Positions 28,807 to 38,400 of a stretch of 64,000 bases of DNA are shown piece by piece. The stretch comes from Bernardetia sp. MNP-M8 (lineage in GTDB: Bacteria > Bacteroidota > Bacteroidia > Cytophagales > Bernardetiaceae). A model generated the notes under the pieces. That model was not told where the DNA came from. It was given only the letters and a program-made list of their open reading frames with translations, and made no database searches. Position numbers and translations under genes: made by a program. Every line of letters begins with the position of its first letter. Within the stretch, counting starts at the first letter, position 1. The stretch spans positions 3,244,676 through 3,308,675 of the forward strand of contig NZ_CP147012.1 in the NCBI RefSeq assembly GCF_037126285.1. Direction: 5' to 3'.

Positions 28807-30138
28807 ATGGAAGATAATATAGAAAGAGAAGAGGTTTTTCGCTCTTATTCAGAAGAAACACAAGAATTATTGACAAGTCCACAAGGCTTTTTTATGCGTT
28901 CAGGTATTACAATCATCTTTGGTGTTTTGCTTCTAATGCTTGTCGTTTCTCATTTTATACGCTACCCTGAATTATCGACTTCAGAAGTAACACTATATGC
29001 AAATCAAGCAAAAGCAAGTTTGTTTCCAAAGATTAATAGCCGTATTATTTTTATAAATGCAGAACATAGTCAAGAGGTAAAAGAAAATGAGCTTTTATTA
29101 GTCTTGGAAAGCACAACAGATTGGAAAGAAGCCAAAAAGTTAGAAGATTATTTAGACACACTTTCTAGTCAAAATTCAGTATTTGAAAGTGTAGATTTTT
29201 TTCAAGAAAATGAAATTCCTCTTTTTACAAATTTGGGAAATTTACAATTAGATTACGAAAGACTAAAAAATAATATTTTAGATTATCAGTTATTTTCTAA
29301 AACTAACTCGCATGCTCAAAAACAAGCTGCTATTCGTTCAGAAATAGAAATTCAAAATTCGTTAAGAGTTATTTTACAAGAAAAATATGAACTTCAAGAA
29401 AGAGACTATGAGTTGAGCAAACAAAAATATATTACCGATTCATTATTGTATAAAAGTGAAGCAATTGCCAAACAAGAATTTTTACAAACAAAGAGCGCAT
29501 TTCTAAACAAAGAAAGTAGTTTTTTGCAAAATAAAGAAGCAAATCTAAATGCCCAAATGCGAGTTAGTCAGCTCAATCAACAGCTTGTAGAAGTTTCTAT
29601 TGCTTATCAAGAGCAAGCATTTAAGTATAAGCAACAATTACGAACTAGTTTTGCAACTCTAAAGAAAATGTTAGAAGATTGGAAAACCTCTTATTTGATT
29701 ATTAGTCCGATAGAAGGTAAAGTTAATTTCTTTAATCCTCTTAATTTGTATCAATCAGTTGGTATGGATAAAGAGGTTATTTCTGTTATTCCTCAAAAAA
29801 ATGCTATTTATGCCTATACAAAAGTAGACTCAAAACATATTTCTAAGCTCAAGGAGGGAAAAGAAGCCAATAAAGCAAAAATAAAATTAGAAGCCTATCC
29901 TTTTGCTCGTTATGGTTGGATAGAAGCAGAAGTTGCACAGATAAGCCTTGCGCCACAAGAAAATAAATATTCTGTCCAACTAAAACTAGACAATGGTTTA
30001 CAAACCAACAGAAAGGTCGAAGTAGATTTAGATTCTAAGAATGAAATTTATGGAACAGTAGAAATAGTTCTAGAGGAAAGAAGTCTACTAGATAAATTTT
30101 TGGAACAGACAGTCTATTCAGTTGAAGCCTTTGAATAA
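28807..30138 (+). CDS. HlyD-family membrane fusion protein (type I secretion / bacteriocin export adaptor)
   Basis: Cytoplasmic N-terminus, single TM 'IIFGVLLLMLVVSHFI', long coiled-coil region, C-terminal beta domain. Typical HlyD layout. Confidence 0.7.
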   Translation: MEDNIEREEVFRSYSEETQELLTSPQGFFMRSGITIIFGVLLLMLVVSHFIRYPELSTSEVTLYANQAKASLFPKINSRIIFINAEHSQEVKENELLLVLESTTDWKEAKKLEDYLDTLSSQNSVFESVDFFQENEIPLFTNLGNLQLDYERLKNNILDYQLFSKTNSHAQKQAAIRSEIEIQNSLRVILQEKYELQERDYELSKQKYITDSLLYKSEAIAKQEFLQTKSAFLNKESSFLQNKEANLNAQMRVSQLNQQLVEVSIAYQEQAFKYKQQLRTSFATLKKMLEDWKTSYLIISPIEGKVNFFNPLNLYQSVGMDKEVISVIPQKNAIYAYTKVDSKHISKLKEGKEANKAKIKLEAYPFARYGWIEAEVAQISLAPQENKYSVQLKLDNGLQTNRKVEVDLDSKNEIYGTVEIVLEERSLLDKFLEQTVYSVEAFE

Positions 30139-30156
30139 TAATAATACAGATAATAC

Positions 30157-30193
30157 AAAAAAAGCCTTTTTTCGTGAAAAAAAGGCTTTTCAG
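30157..30193 (+). terminator. Rho-independent terminator after the HlyD gene
   Basis: aaaaaaagcctttttt cgtg aaaaaaaggctttt. Confidence 0.7.
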
Positions 30194-30268
30194 TTTTATA
30201 ATGATAATAATTTCTAGTTAGTCAAATTGTGATAGTTATAGTTAAAGAGTATAATATCTAATTTAAGA

Positions 30269-30727
30269 TTAATTAGTCATATATTGACTCAAAATTGGGT
30301 TATCTCCCAAAATAGCGATTCCGACCATTAAAATTACGAGTACAACTCCCATTACAGTCATTGCACTTTTAAATTTGAATTCTTTCTTCATTACGTATGC
30401 AAAACCTGTAATCATTCCAACTGCGCCACCTAAAAGCGCACTACCAATAGCTAAAACAGCTATTCTACGAGCTAAGTTTACATCTGGATTATCCATAACA
30501 GAGTGCATAACAAAAACTTCTAAACCCACAGCGACCAAAAATACAACCATGCTTGTTAACATAACACGCATAATAAATGAAGGTGCTTGACCTGCTGGTC
30601 GGGATTGTACTTCATCAGAATCCAATTGATTAAGTTTTGCTTGTGCCGTTTCTTCAGATTCAAATTTAGAATCTCTGTCCATTGAGGTATAAGAAGTATC
30701 TTCTTGATTTGCTTGATAAGTTGCCAT
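30269..30727 (-). CDS. Hypothetical membrane protein (acidic N-terminus, 3 TM helices)
   Basis: ORF with clear hydrophobic segments. No recognised domain. Confidence 0.45.
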   Translation of the reverse strand: MATYQANQEDTSYTSMDRDSKFESEETAQAKLNQLDSDEVQSRPAGQAPSFIMRVMLTSMVVFLVAVGLEVFVMHSVMDNPDVNLARRIAVLAIGSALLGGAVGMITGFAYVMKKEFKFKSAMTVMGVVLVILMVGIAILGDNPILSQYMTN

Positions 30728-31014
30728 AAAAATAAGTGTTCAAAAAAGTGAGGTAAAAAAAATAGACTACTATAAAATTTGTAATCTACCTATATAACAT
30801 AGAAATATGTATATTGTTTTGGAAAATTGATTTTATTTGACTATAAGTTGATTTTATGGTTTTTTAGATAGATTATAGTTTCTATACTTAATTTTGGTTT
30901 TATTTTATGGTATCTTTGTAGTAAAAACAAATAAAAAGCGATTTTGATAGAACTCAAATGCTTTTTTATAGTTCGATAAATAAGTAACCAGTTAATTTTA
31001 ATCTATAAATCATT

Positions 31015-31614
31015 ATGGCAGTAATCACAGATAACAACCGTGCGCCCCACGTACATATATATGTAGAAGAAAATCCAAATCCTAATTCAATGAAATTTGT
31101 GATGAGCTTTATGCTCATGGCAGATGGAATAGTAAAAGATTATGCAAGTAAAGAAGACACAACAGATTCTCCTTTAGCAGCTGCTCTTTTTAATGAATTT
31201 GATTTTGTAGAGCGTGTATTTTTGAGTAAAAACTTTATTACAATTACCAAAACTGAAAATGTAGAGTGGGTAGAAATCAATTCTATCCTTCGTAATTATT
31301 TGAAAGACTATTTTGAGGCTCAAAAGCCTGTTTTTTCAGAAGACTTACCAGACTCAAAAGTCGAACTCAATGATGATCCAACTATTGCAAGAATAAAAGA
31401 TATTTTAGACCAATATATTCGTCCTGCTGTAGAAATGGACGGAGGAGCAATTTCTTTTTCTCAATTTGATAAAGAAACAGGAAAGTTGAGCGTTTTGCTT
31501 CAAGGTTCTTGTAGTGGATGTCCATCTTCTTCAATTACTTTGAAGGCTGGAATTGAAAATCTTTTCAAAAATATGATGCCTGAGGTAAAAGAAGTAGTGG
31601 CCGAAAATGGCTAA
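31015..31614 (+). CDS. NifU-like Fe-S cluster assembly protein (Nfu-type C-terminal domain)
   Basis: 'GGAISFSQFDKETGKLSVLLQGSCSGCPSS' Nfu CxxC scaffold motif. Confidence 0.8.
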   Translation: MAVITDNNRAPHVHIYVEENPNPNSMKFVMSFMLMADGIVKDYASKEDTTDSPLAAALFNEFDFVERVFLSKNFITITKTENVEWVEINSILRNYLKDYFEAQKPVFSEDLPDSKVELNDDPTIARIKDILDQYIRPAVEMDGGAISFSQFDKETGKLSVLLQGSCSGCPSSSITLKAGIENLFKNMMPEVKEVVAENG

Positions 31615-31777
31615 GTCAGTCAGCAGTAAAGTAGTAATCAGTTACCAGTTTATTTCATTGTTAGATGTAATTATTCATTTTTATAAAAAATCTAAACAGT
31701 GTTCTAATTAAAAATCTGATGCTTACGTAGTTGTATTCATTTATCATTCATAATTAATAATTTACCATTCCTAATTT

Positions 31778-32359
31778 ATGGCTAAATCACTTCCAGAAAA
31801 AGAAAAACTACATATTTTCAATACCGAATTTATGCCTCATGCAGATGCTATGTACAACTTTGCTTACAAACTTACCTTTGATGAAGACGATGCCAAAGAT
31901 TTGGTACAAGATGCTTACATGAAGGCATATCGTTTTGCAGGTTCGTATGAAGTAGGTACAAATGCAAAGGCATGGCTTTTTCGTATTTTGAAAAATAGTT
32001 TTATCAATAATTACAGAAAAAAGACAAAAGAACCTTCAAAAGTAGATTATCAAGACGTTGAGAATTATTACAATTCGGCTTCGGTAGAAACGGCTGAAAT
32101 GAATCATACTGTTGATTTACGTACTTCGACAATGCAAAATAAAATTGGTGACGAAGTTACGGGAGCTTTAAATTCTTTGCCTGTTGATTTTCGTACTGTG
32201 ATTATTCTTTGCGATTTGGAAGGGTTTACGTATGAAGAAATGGCTGTAATTTTGGATATTCCTATCGGAACAGTTCGCTCTCGTTTGCATAGAGCGAGAG
32301 GTGTTTTGAAGGAAAAACTCATCGAATATGCCAAACAATTTGGTTTCGATGTTGATTAA
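31778..32359 (+). CDS. RNA polymerase ECF-type sigma-70 factor
   Basis: Region 2 'DLVQDAYMKAYR...AWLFRILKNSFINNYR' and region 4 'DLEGFTYEEMAVILDIPIGTVRSRLHRAR'. Confidence 0.85.
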   Translation: MAKSLPEKEKLHIFNTEFMPHADAMYNFAYKLTFDEDDAKDLVQDAYMKAYRFAGSYEVGTNAKAWLFRILKNSFINNYRKKTKEPSKVDYQDVENYYNSASVETAEMNHTVDLRTSTMQNKIGDEVTGALNSLPVDFRTVIILCDLEGFTYEEMAVILDIPIGTVRSRLHRARGVLKEKLIEYAKQFGFDVD

Positions 32360-32429
32360 AATAAGTAAACAAACGAACACTTAACTCAAATAAATTAACC
32401 CTTTATCAATAAAAACATTTAAGAATACC

Positions 32430-33077
32430 TTGACAACTCTAGAAAAATTACAAAAATTTAGCAACAAACACCAAGAACTTGCCAATACAATCACACACGG
32501 ATTAGGCATTGTTCTGAGTGTCATTGCTCTTATGCTTCTTGTTAATTGGGCAAGTGAAGCACAAGATATGTGGAAAATAATTAGCTTTTCCATTTTCGGA
32601 ACTACACTTGTTTTGCTTTATACAGCTTCTACACTTTATCATGGAGCAAGAACAGTTAAACTAAAAAAGTTTTTTGAAAAAATAGACCACATGGCGATTT
32701 ATCTTCTAATTGCAGGTTCTTACACTCCTTTTACACTTGTTACATTGCGTGGGGCTTGGGGCTGGACGCTTTTTGGTATAATATGGGGAATTGCTCTTTT
32801 AGGAATTATTTATAAAATGTTCTTTTTGGGAAGATGGAAACGATTTTCTGTCATTCTTTACGTTTCTATGGGATGGATGGCTGTTGTGGCAATACAACCT
32901 TTCTTTGAAAATTTACACACAGGAGGACTTATTTTGCTCGGAATTGGTGGGCTTTCCTATTCATTAGGTGTAATATTTTTTATTTGGGAAAGACTGCCTT
33001 TTAATCATGCTATTTGGCATCTATTCGTTTTGGGAGGAAGTTTGTGTCATTTCTTAGCTGTTGGATTATATGTCTAA
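32430..33077 (+). CDS. Hemolysin III / PAQR family membrane protein
   Basis: 7-TM protein with 'HGLG' N-terminal motif and 'HAIWHLFV' C-terminal His motif. Confidence 0.8.
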   Translation: MTTLEKLQKFSNKHQELANTITHGLGIVLSVIALMLLVNWASEAQDMWKIISFSIFGTTLVLLYTASTLYHGARTVKLKKFFEKIDHMAIYLLIAGSYTPFTLVTLRGAWGWTLFGIIWGIALLGIIYKMFFLGRWKRFSVILYVSMGWMAVVAIQPFFENLHTGGLILLGIGGLSYSLGVIFFIWERLPFNHAIWHLFVLGGSLCHFLAVGLYV

Positions 33078-33200
33078 AAATTTTGATATAGATCTTTTTT
33101 GAACCAAAGAAAAAAAGTATTTTTGAATCCGAAAATTATGAAAGTAGTTTTCGGATTTTTTATGTAAAAAAATAATTCGAATACATTAATTATTTAGAAA

Positions 33201-33662
33201 ATGGGCTTTATAAAAGAATTTAAGGATTTTGCTGTCAAAGGAAATGTCATTGATTTGGCTGTCGGTGTAATTATTGGAGGAGCTTTTGGGAAAATTGTAA
33301 CTTCACTTGTCAATGATATTATTATGCCTCCTATCGGAATATTGACGGGAGGAATTGATTTTGCTAATCTAAAATTTGTACTTAAAAGTGCTGTTTTAGA
33401 TGAAACAGGAAAAGTGATTGAAGAAGCTGTTTCTATCAATTACGGCAATTTTATCAATATTGTAATTCAATTTCTCATAATTGCTCTTTGTGTTTTTGCT
33501 GTTGTAAAGGCTTTTAATGCCTTAAAAAAGAAAGCAGAAGACCCAAAAAATGTAGAAGCACCAACACCAAAAGATATTCTATTGCTTACCGAAATTAGAG
33601 ATTTACTAAAAGGAAGTTCTTCAAATAATATAGAAGAAGAAGACAAACTGAAAACAGAGTAA
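33201..33662 (+). CDS. mscL: Large-conductance mechanosensitive channel MscL (copy 1)
   Basis: '[28 protein letters not shown]' canonical MscL N-terminus/TM1. Confidence 0.85.
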   Translation: MGFIKEFKDFAVKGNVIDLAVGVIIGGAFGKIVTSLVNDIIMPPIGILTGGIDFANLKFVLKSAVLDETGKVIEEAVSINYGNFINIVIQFLIIALCVFAVVKAFNALKKKAEDPKNVEAPTPKDILLLTEIRDLLKGSSSNNIEEEDKLKTE

Positions 33663-33818
33663 AAACAAACTATAAATTTGAGTAAATCTATTTTTTTCCA
33701 TAAATAAGTTTGTGAAATTTAATAAATTAAAAATTAATTGCAATAAAATGCGTTTATTGCCTGTGAATATGTTTTTAATATTTTCTCTTCCTTTTACAAA
33801 CTTGACTAGAATAAACTT

Positions 33819-34235
33819 ATGGGATTAATCAAAGAATTTAAAGATTTTGCTGTTAAGGGCAATGTAGTCGACCTTGCTGTCGGTGTGATTATCGGTGCTG
33901 CTTTCGGAAAAATTGTTACTTCGTTTGTCAATGACATCGTTATGCCACCTATCGGATTGGCAACTGGAGGAGTAGATTTTGCAGACTTAAAGCTAGTATT
34001 AAAAGAAGCTGTTGTAGATGCAGCAGGCACAGTTACTACCGAAGCTGTAAGCATCAATTATGGTAATTTTTTGAATATCATAATTCAATTTTTGATTATT
34101 GCGCTTTGTGTGTTTGCTGTTGTTAAAGGCTTTAATTCATTAAAGAAAAAAGCAGAAGACCCAAAAAATCCAGAAGCCCCAACACCACAAGATATTTTGT
34201 TACTTACCGAAATTAGAGATTTATTGAAAAAATAA
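33819..34235 (+). CDS. mscL: Large-conductance mechanosensitive channel MscL (copy 2, tandem paralog)
   Basis: About 80% identical to copy 1 over the N-terminal 120 aa. Shorter C-terminus. Confidence 0.85.
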   Translation: MGLIKEFKDFAVKGNVVDLAVGVIIGAAFGKIVTSFVNDIVMPPIGLATGGVDFADLKLVLKEAVVDAAGTVTTEAVSINYGNFLNIIIQFLIIALCVFAVVKGFNSLKKKAEDPKNPEAPTPQDILLLTEIRDLLKK

Positions 34236-34252
34236 ATTTTCAATTTTCATAA

Positions 34253-34297
34253 CCGCAAAAAAGTCTGAAACTTACAAAAGTATCAGACTTTTTTTGC
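34253..34297. terminator. Bidirectional terminator between mscL-2 and the convergent GNAT gene
   Basis: aaaaagtctga aacttacaaaagta tcagacttttt. Confidence 0.6.
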
Positions 34298-34355
34298 AAG
34301 CTAAAAGCAATATAATTTTTTCTATTCATTTCTGATGTTTCCATTAGCGACATAA

Positions 34356-34925
34356 TTATCTAAAAATCTCATAATAAACATATTCTTTATGGATATAATC
34401 TTGTTCACTTGCCACAAAACCTGCTCTTTGAAGTAACTCAATTGTAGCAACATTTTCTTTTGTGGTATAAGAAAGAATATAATTTTTATCTAATTGATTG
34501 AAAATTGCTTCTTTAAATGTTTCGATGGCTTCTAATGTATAATATTTTTCTCGGTGATTTTCTGTTGTTGCAAAACCTATCGTGCAGCGTTTGTGATTGT
34601 CATTTAGCGTTTCTTTACTCAAATCATAGAGATTAAAAACACCAATATACTCACCTGTATTTTTGTTTTTATAAAACCAATCTGCTGCACCTCGTTTATA
34701 AGAATATTGAGCAAAGTTGAGTTGATAATCTATATATTCTTCTAATTGATCTATTGTTTTGTAATCATTCATAACAAAAATACTCCTATCTTTTTCAAAC
34801 ATAGTGAGTAATTTTCTATAATTGTGCCAGTCTATTTGTTCGTATTCTAACCGTTCTGAATCTTCTAAAACTGGAAGGGTAATCGGAATAGAGCTTATCA
34901 TTTTTCTATCTTCTTTTTTAGTCAT
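34356..34925 (-). CDS. GNAT-family N-acetyltransferase (RimL/RimJ-like)
   Basis: 189 aa. 'RCTIGFATTENHREKYYTLEAIETFKEAIF' resembles the GNAT motif A region. Confidence 0.55.
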   Translation of the reverse strand: MTKKEDRKMISSIPITLPVLEDSERLEYEQIDWHNYRKLLTMFEKDRSIFVMNDYKTIDQLEEYIDYQLNFAQYSYKRGAADWFYKNKNTGEYIGVFNLYDLSKETLNDNHKRCTIGFATTENHREKYYTLEAIETFKEAIFNQLDKNYILSYTTKENVATIELLQRAGFVASEQDYIHKEYVYYEIFR

Positions 34926-35014
34926 TTTTGCAAAAGTATACGTACAGTACGTATTTGCACCTTAAAAGGTACGCTACACTATTTCGAAGATAACAAATTT
35001 TAGATAAAATTGTC

Positions 35015-36775
35015 TTATTCTTCTGCAATTTTTTTGACAAGCCAATTTATAGCTAAAACACTTCCTATAAAAATTCCAAAAGAAATTCCGAAAAGCATCC
35101 ATTTAGAAAAAATAGCATATCCAATTCCAAACAAAAAGCTATATCCTAAAGCAATTCCGACAAACCAAGCTGCAATCATATACGGCAACTGATTTTTTGG
35201 TTTTGGAAGGTTCAATGAAATACGAATAGGTTGCCAACTTCCCTGTGGGCGTACTCGTTCGTAAAACTTTTGTAGTGTTTGCTCGTCAGTAGGTTTTGTT
35301 AAAAATGTAATCAACACCCAAGCAACTGTCGTAAATCCTAAAATAAAAAATAAAGAATATGGAGATTCTAAATGTAAAACAGTTCTATTTAAAATGACTC
35401 CAATAAGAGGTGTAATAGTTGCAGCGAGTTCACTAAACACATTTATTCTCCACCAATACCAACGCAAAATCAAAACTGCTCCTAGTCCTGCTCCTGCTTC
35501 TATTAAAAATACAAAAGCAGCTTCTAATGAGGTGATTTGTGTAGTAACCAAGATTCCAAAAAGCATAATTACAAATGTTGCAATTCTTGAAGCTGTAACA
35601 AGTTCTTTTGAGCTTGCTTTTGGCTTATAAAAACGTTGATACAAATCATTAATTATATAACTTGCTCCCCAATTTAATTGTGTAGAAATGGTACTCATAT
35701 AGGCTGCAAAAAAAGCAACCAATAAAAGACCACGCAAACCTGTAGGTAAAAAGTCCTTCATTGCCAAAACATAACCTAACTTTTCTTCTCCTGCTATCGG
35801 ATTTGGATATAAAATAATAGCTGATAAAGCCACCAAAATCCACACCCAAGGGCGCAGACCATAATGTGCAAGCTGAAAAAACAAGGTTGCTTTAAAAGCG
35901 TGTTCTTCATCTTTAGCAGACATCATACGTTGAGCCACATATCCACCTCCCCCTGGTTCTGCCCCTGGATACCAACTTGCCCACCATTGAATGCCTATAT
36001 AAGCAAAAAAAGTAGCCAAACTAATACTAAGCATTTGAAATCCATTTTTTACTAATTCTGTATTACTAGAATCTTCAATTTGAGGGAAAAAATTAAGTGT
36101 ATTTGCTGGTAACTTTTCTATCAAACCAGATACTCCCCCAATTTTTGGACTATCCAACACTAAATAAGTAAGAACAACACAACCTGTCATTGCCAAAACA
36201 AACTGCAAAACATCAGTAATAGCAACACCCAAAAGTCCCGAAAGACTGGAATAAATAACTACAATAACCATTGCAGCAGCTACATAATAAATAGTCTGAT
36301 TTGCAGGAATATCAAAAAACACTTGCAAAAGAGCTGCAAGTGCCACATTTACCCAAGCAATAATGACAGCATTAAAAAAAAGCCCTAAATAAACAGCACG
36401 AAAACCACGTAAAAATTTAGCAGCTTTTCCAGAGTAACGCAATTCTATTAGCTCCAAATCTGTAATTACCTTTGCTTTTCTCCACAAACGAGCAAAAAGA
36501 AAAGTAGTAAGCATTCCTCCAATTAGTCCGTTCCACCAAAGCCAGTTTCCACTAATTCCATTTTTTACTACTAATTCTGTAACCAAAAGAGGCGTATCGG
36601 CTGCAAACGTAGTAGCTACCATAGAAGTACCTGCCACCCACCAAGGAAGATTGCGACCACCTAGAAAAAAGTCTTCGGTTGAGCCACTTGCTTTTTTGGT
36701 GTAATAAATTCCGATTCCTAAAGTAAGAAGTAGAAAAGAAAAGATGATGAGCCAGTCGGCAAGTTCAAGTATCAT
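35015..36775 (-). CDS. Sodium:solute symporter family (SSF) transporter
   Basis: 13+ TM helices. 'FFLGGRNLPWWVAGTSMVATTFAADTPL' SSF signature region. Confidence 0.85.
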   Translation of the reverse strand: MILELADWLIIFSFLLLTLGIGIYYTKKASGSTEDFFLGGRNLPWWVAGTSMVATTFAADTPLLVTELVVKNGISGNWLWWNGLIGGMLTTFLFARLWRKAKVITDLELIELRYSGKAAKFLRGFRAVYLGLFFNAVIIAWVNVALAALLQVFFDIPANQTIYYVAAAMVIVVIYSSLSGLLGVAITDVLQFVLAMTGCVVLTYLVLDSPKIGGVSGLIEKLPANTLNFFPQIEDSSNTELVKNGFQMLSISLATFFAYIGIQWWASWYPGAEPGGGGYVAQRMMSAKDEEHAFKATLFFQLAHYGLRPWVWILVALSAIILYPNPIAGEEKLGYVLAMKDFLPTGLRGLLLVAFFAAYMSTISTQLNWGASYIINDLYQRFYKPKASSKELVTASRIATFVIMLFGILVTTQITSLEAAFVFLIEAGAGLGAVLILRWYWWRINVFSELAATITPLIGVILNRTVLHLESPYSLFFILGFTTVAWVLITFLTKPTDEQTLQKFYERVRPQGSWQPIRISLNLPKPKNQLPYMIAAWFVGIALGYSFLFGIGYAIFSKWMLFGISFGIFIGSVLAINWLVKKIAEE

Positions 36776-36892
36776 GACAAATTGAGAATGGATAATTTAG
36801 AAGGAAAATCTTTTTTATAAAAATAATCTGAAAGATACGGATTTTAAACAAACCAAACCTATAAGGTTTTGAAAACCTTATAGGTTTAAAGA

Positions 36893-37843
36893 TTACTTCA
36901 ATTTCTCAATAAAACTTTTCCCTACCAAAATCTTCATTCCTAAAATTAGTGTATTTTTATTATAACCTAAATAAGACACCATTTTTTTCCAAAAATAAAA
37001 GGCTTGTTTTCTGTTTTTATCGATATAGGAATGAACAGCACAAAACTGATAGGAATGACCTTTTAAAATAATCAGTTCAGCATCTGAAAGGGATACTTCA
37101 TTTTCTAAAAAAGTAGTGGCTTCTAATCTTGCTGAAATAACTTTTTGATTATCTGCCATCGAACGATTGGGGTGGTCGTTTACCGTAATTGTTGTTTTAT
37201 CAATTACATAAATCGGAATGTTGTGAGCAAATAGATTTCTAAACAAAAAAATCCAATCTTCACAAATATTAAATTCAGTTGGAAATGGTTTTAAGCCTTC
37301 CTTAGTTTCAATCAATTTTCTATCAAAACAAACTAAAGTACCAAAATAAGAACCTTCTAAAATCAATTTATAATCATAAAAACCTTCCTTTAAGTGTGAA
37401 ATGTGAGAAGGAAATATTTTACCTTCATTCTCAAACTCAAATTTTGTTGCCAAAAACTGTGCTTTTGGATTTGCTTTTATTGCTTCATAAAGCGTCTGCA
37501 AATGATGAGGCTGCATAAAATCATCCGAATCAAAGAAGAGAATATAATTTCCTTTAGCTTTTGAGATACCAAAATTTCGTGCTGCCGAACGCTCTTCATT
37601 TTCTTTTTGAAAGTATCTCAAACGGCTTTCAAATTTAGTAGAATTTTCCTCTAAGAAAGTTTTTTCAATGATTTCTTTTGTATTGTCTGTACTTCCATCA
37701 TCTACTACAATAACTTCATAAGAAACAGTTTTGTTTTCTACTTCCGAGTCAAAAACCTGATTAAAAATAGAATCTAAAGTAGCTACAATCAAATTTACAC
37801 GATTGTAGGTGGGAATTATGACGGAGAAAAAAGGAGTTTTGAT
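36893..37843 (-). CDS. Family 2 glycosyltransferase. The conserved N-terminus 'KTPFFSVIIPTYNRVNL' lies upstream of the first canonical start (TTG at 37792), so the start is probably non-canonical (ATC at 37843 or ATT).
   Basis: The frame is open from the stop at 37867..37869 to 37792 with no ATG/GTG/TTG. 'VIIPTYNR' and 'VIVVDDGSTD' GT2 motifs. Confidence 0.65.
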   Translation of the reverse strand: MKTPFFSVIIPTYNRVNLIVATLDSIFNQVFDSEVENKTVSYEVIVVDDGSTDNTKEIIEKTFLEENSTKFESRLRYFQKENEERSAARNFGISKAKGNYILFFDSDDFMQPHHLQTLYEAIKANPKAQFLATKFEFENEGKIFPSHISHLKEGFYDYKLILEGSYFGTLVCFDRKLIETKEGLKPFPTEFNICEDWIFLFRNLFAHNIPIYVIDKTTITVNDHPNRSMADNQKVISARLEATTFLENEVSLSDAELIILKGHSYQFCAVHSYIDKNRKQAFYFWKKMVSYLGYNKNTLILGMKILVGKSFIEKLK

Positions 37844-37892
37844 AAAATTGAAAATTAGAATTGAAAATAATAGCTTAACATATCACAACTTG

Positions 37893-38309
37893 CTAAAGTG
37901 AGAGTAAAATTAAAACTAAAATCAGAGGAACAAAAATTAAACCTCCTACAAGTAATAAAACACCAAGTAAAATTTCTCCAAATGCAAGAGCAATAATTCC
38001 TCCTATAAGTCCTCCCAAAATAAGTAAAACTGAAATTAAAATGGTAGCAAAGAAACCATCTCCATCAGATTTTATTTTTTTTGCCTGTTTTTTCTGTGCT
38101 TTTTTGATTTTCTTCTTGACAAGTTTTAAAGCTAATCTCTCTTTGAAATTGAGCTTTTTCTGTTTTTTTATACTAGTTTTTTCTGATTTTTTTACAATTT
38201 GATTTATAGTAATTTCTTTTTGAGTTGAAGTTTTAGAATCGCTTTCACTTGCAAAAGTAGAAAGCGAGAAAAAGAAAAATAGAAGAGTAATAAAGTAGGT
38301 GGTTTTCAT
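37893..38309 (-). CDS. Hypothetical small protein: signal peptide, Lys-rich basic middle, Gly/Leu-rich C-terminal TM
   Basis: Internal ATG at 38309 (MKTTYFITLLFFFFSLSTFA) was chosen. The longer ORF-track version overlaps the esterase gene. Confidence 0.4.
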   Translation of the reverse strand: MKTTYFITLLFFFFSLSTFASESDSKTSTQKEITINQIVKKSEKTSIKKQKKLNFKERLALKLVKKKIKKAQKKQAKKIKSDGDGFFATILISVLLILGGLIGGIIALAFGEILLGVLLLVGGLIFVPLILVLILLSL

Positions 38310-38400
38310 AATTTTGTGGTTTTTGAATAACATCATAATCTGTATTTGACCTTTTAGATGTTGCTTTTTATGAAAACGTTGCTTCGTACAATTATAATGA

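Noticed and set aside
33194-34057. Minus-strand 81/83-aa ORFs
   Set aside because: Antisense shadows of the two mscL genes. Their mutual similarity just mirrors the mscL duplication.
35394-36055. Plus-strand 63-78-aa ORFs
   Set aside because: Inside the minus-strand SSF transporter gene. Shadow ORFs.
36847-36885. Palindrome aaacctataaggtttt gaa aaccttataggttt, with a related short one at 39276..39292
   Set aside because: Most simply a bidirectional terminator between the symporter start region and the GT2 gene. Too few and too short copies in the window to call a REP family.
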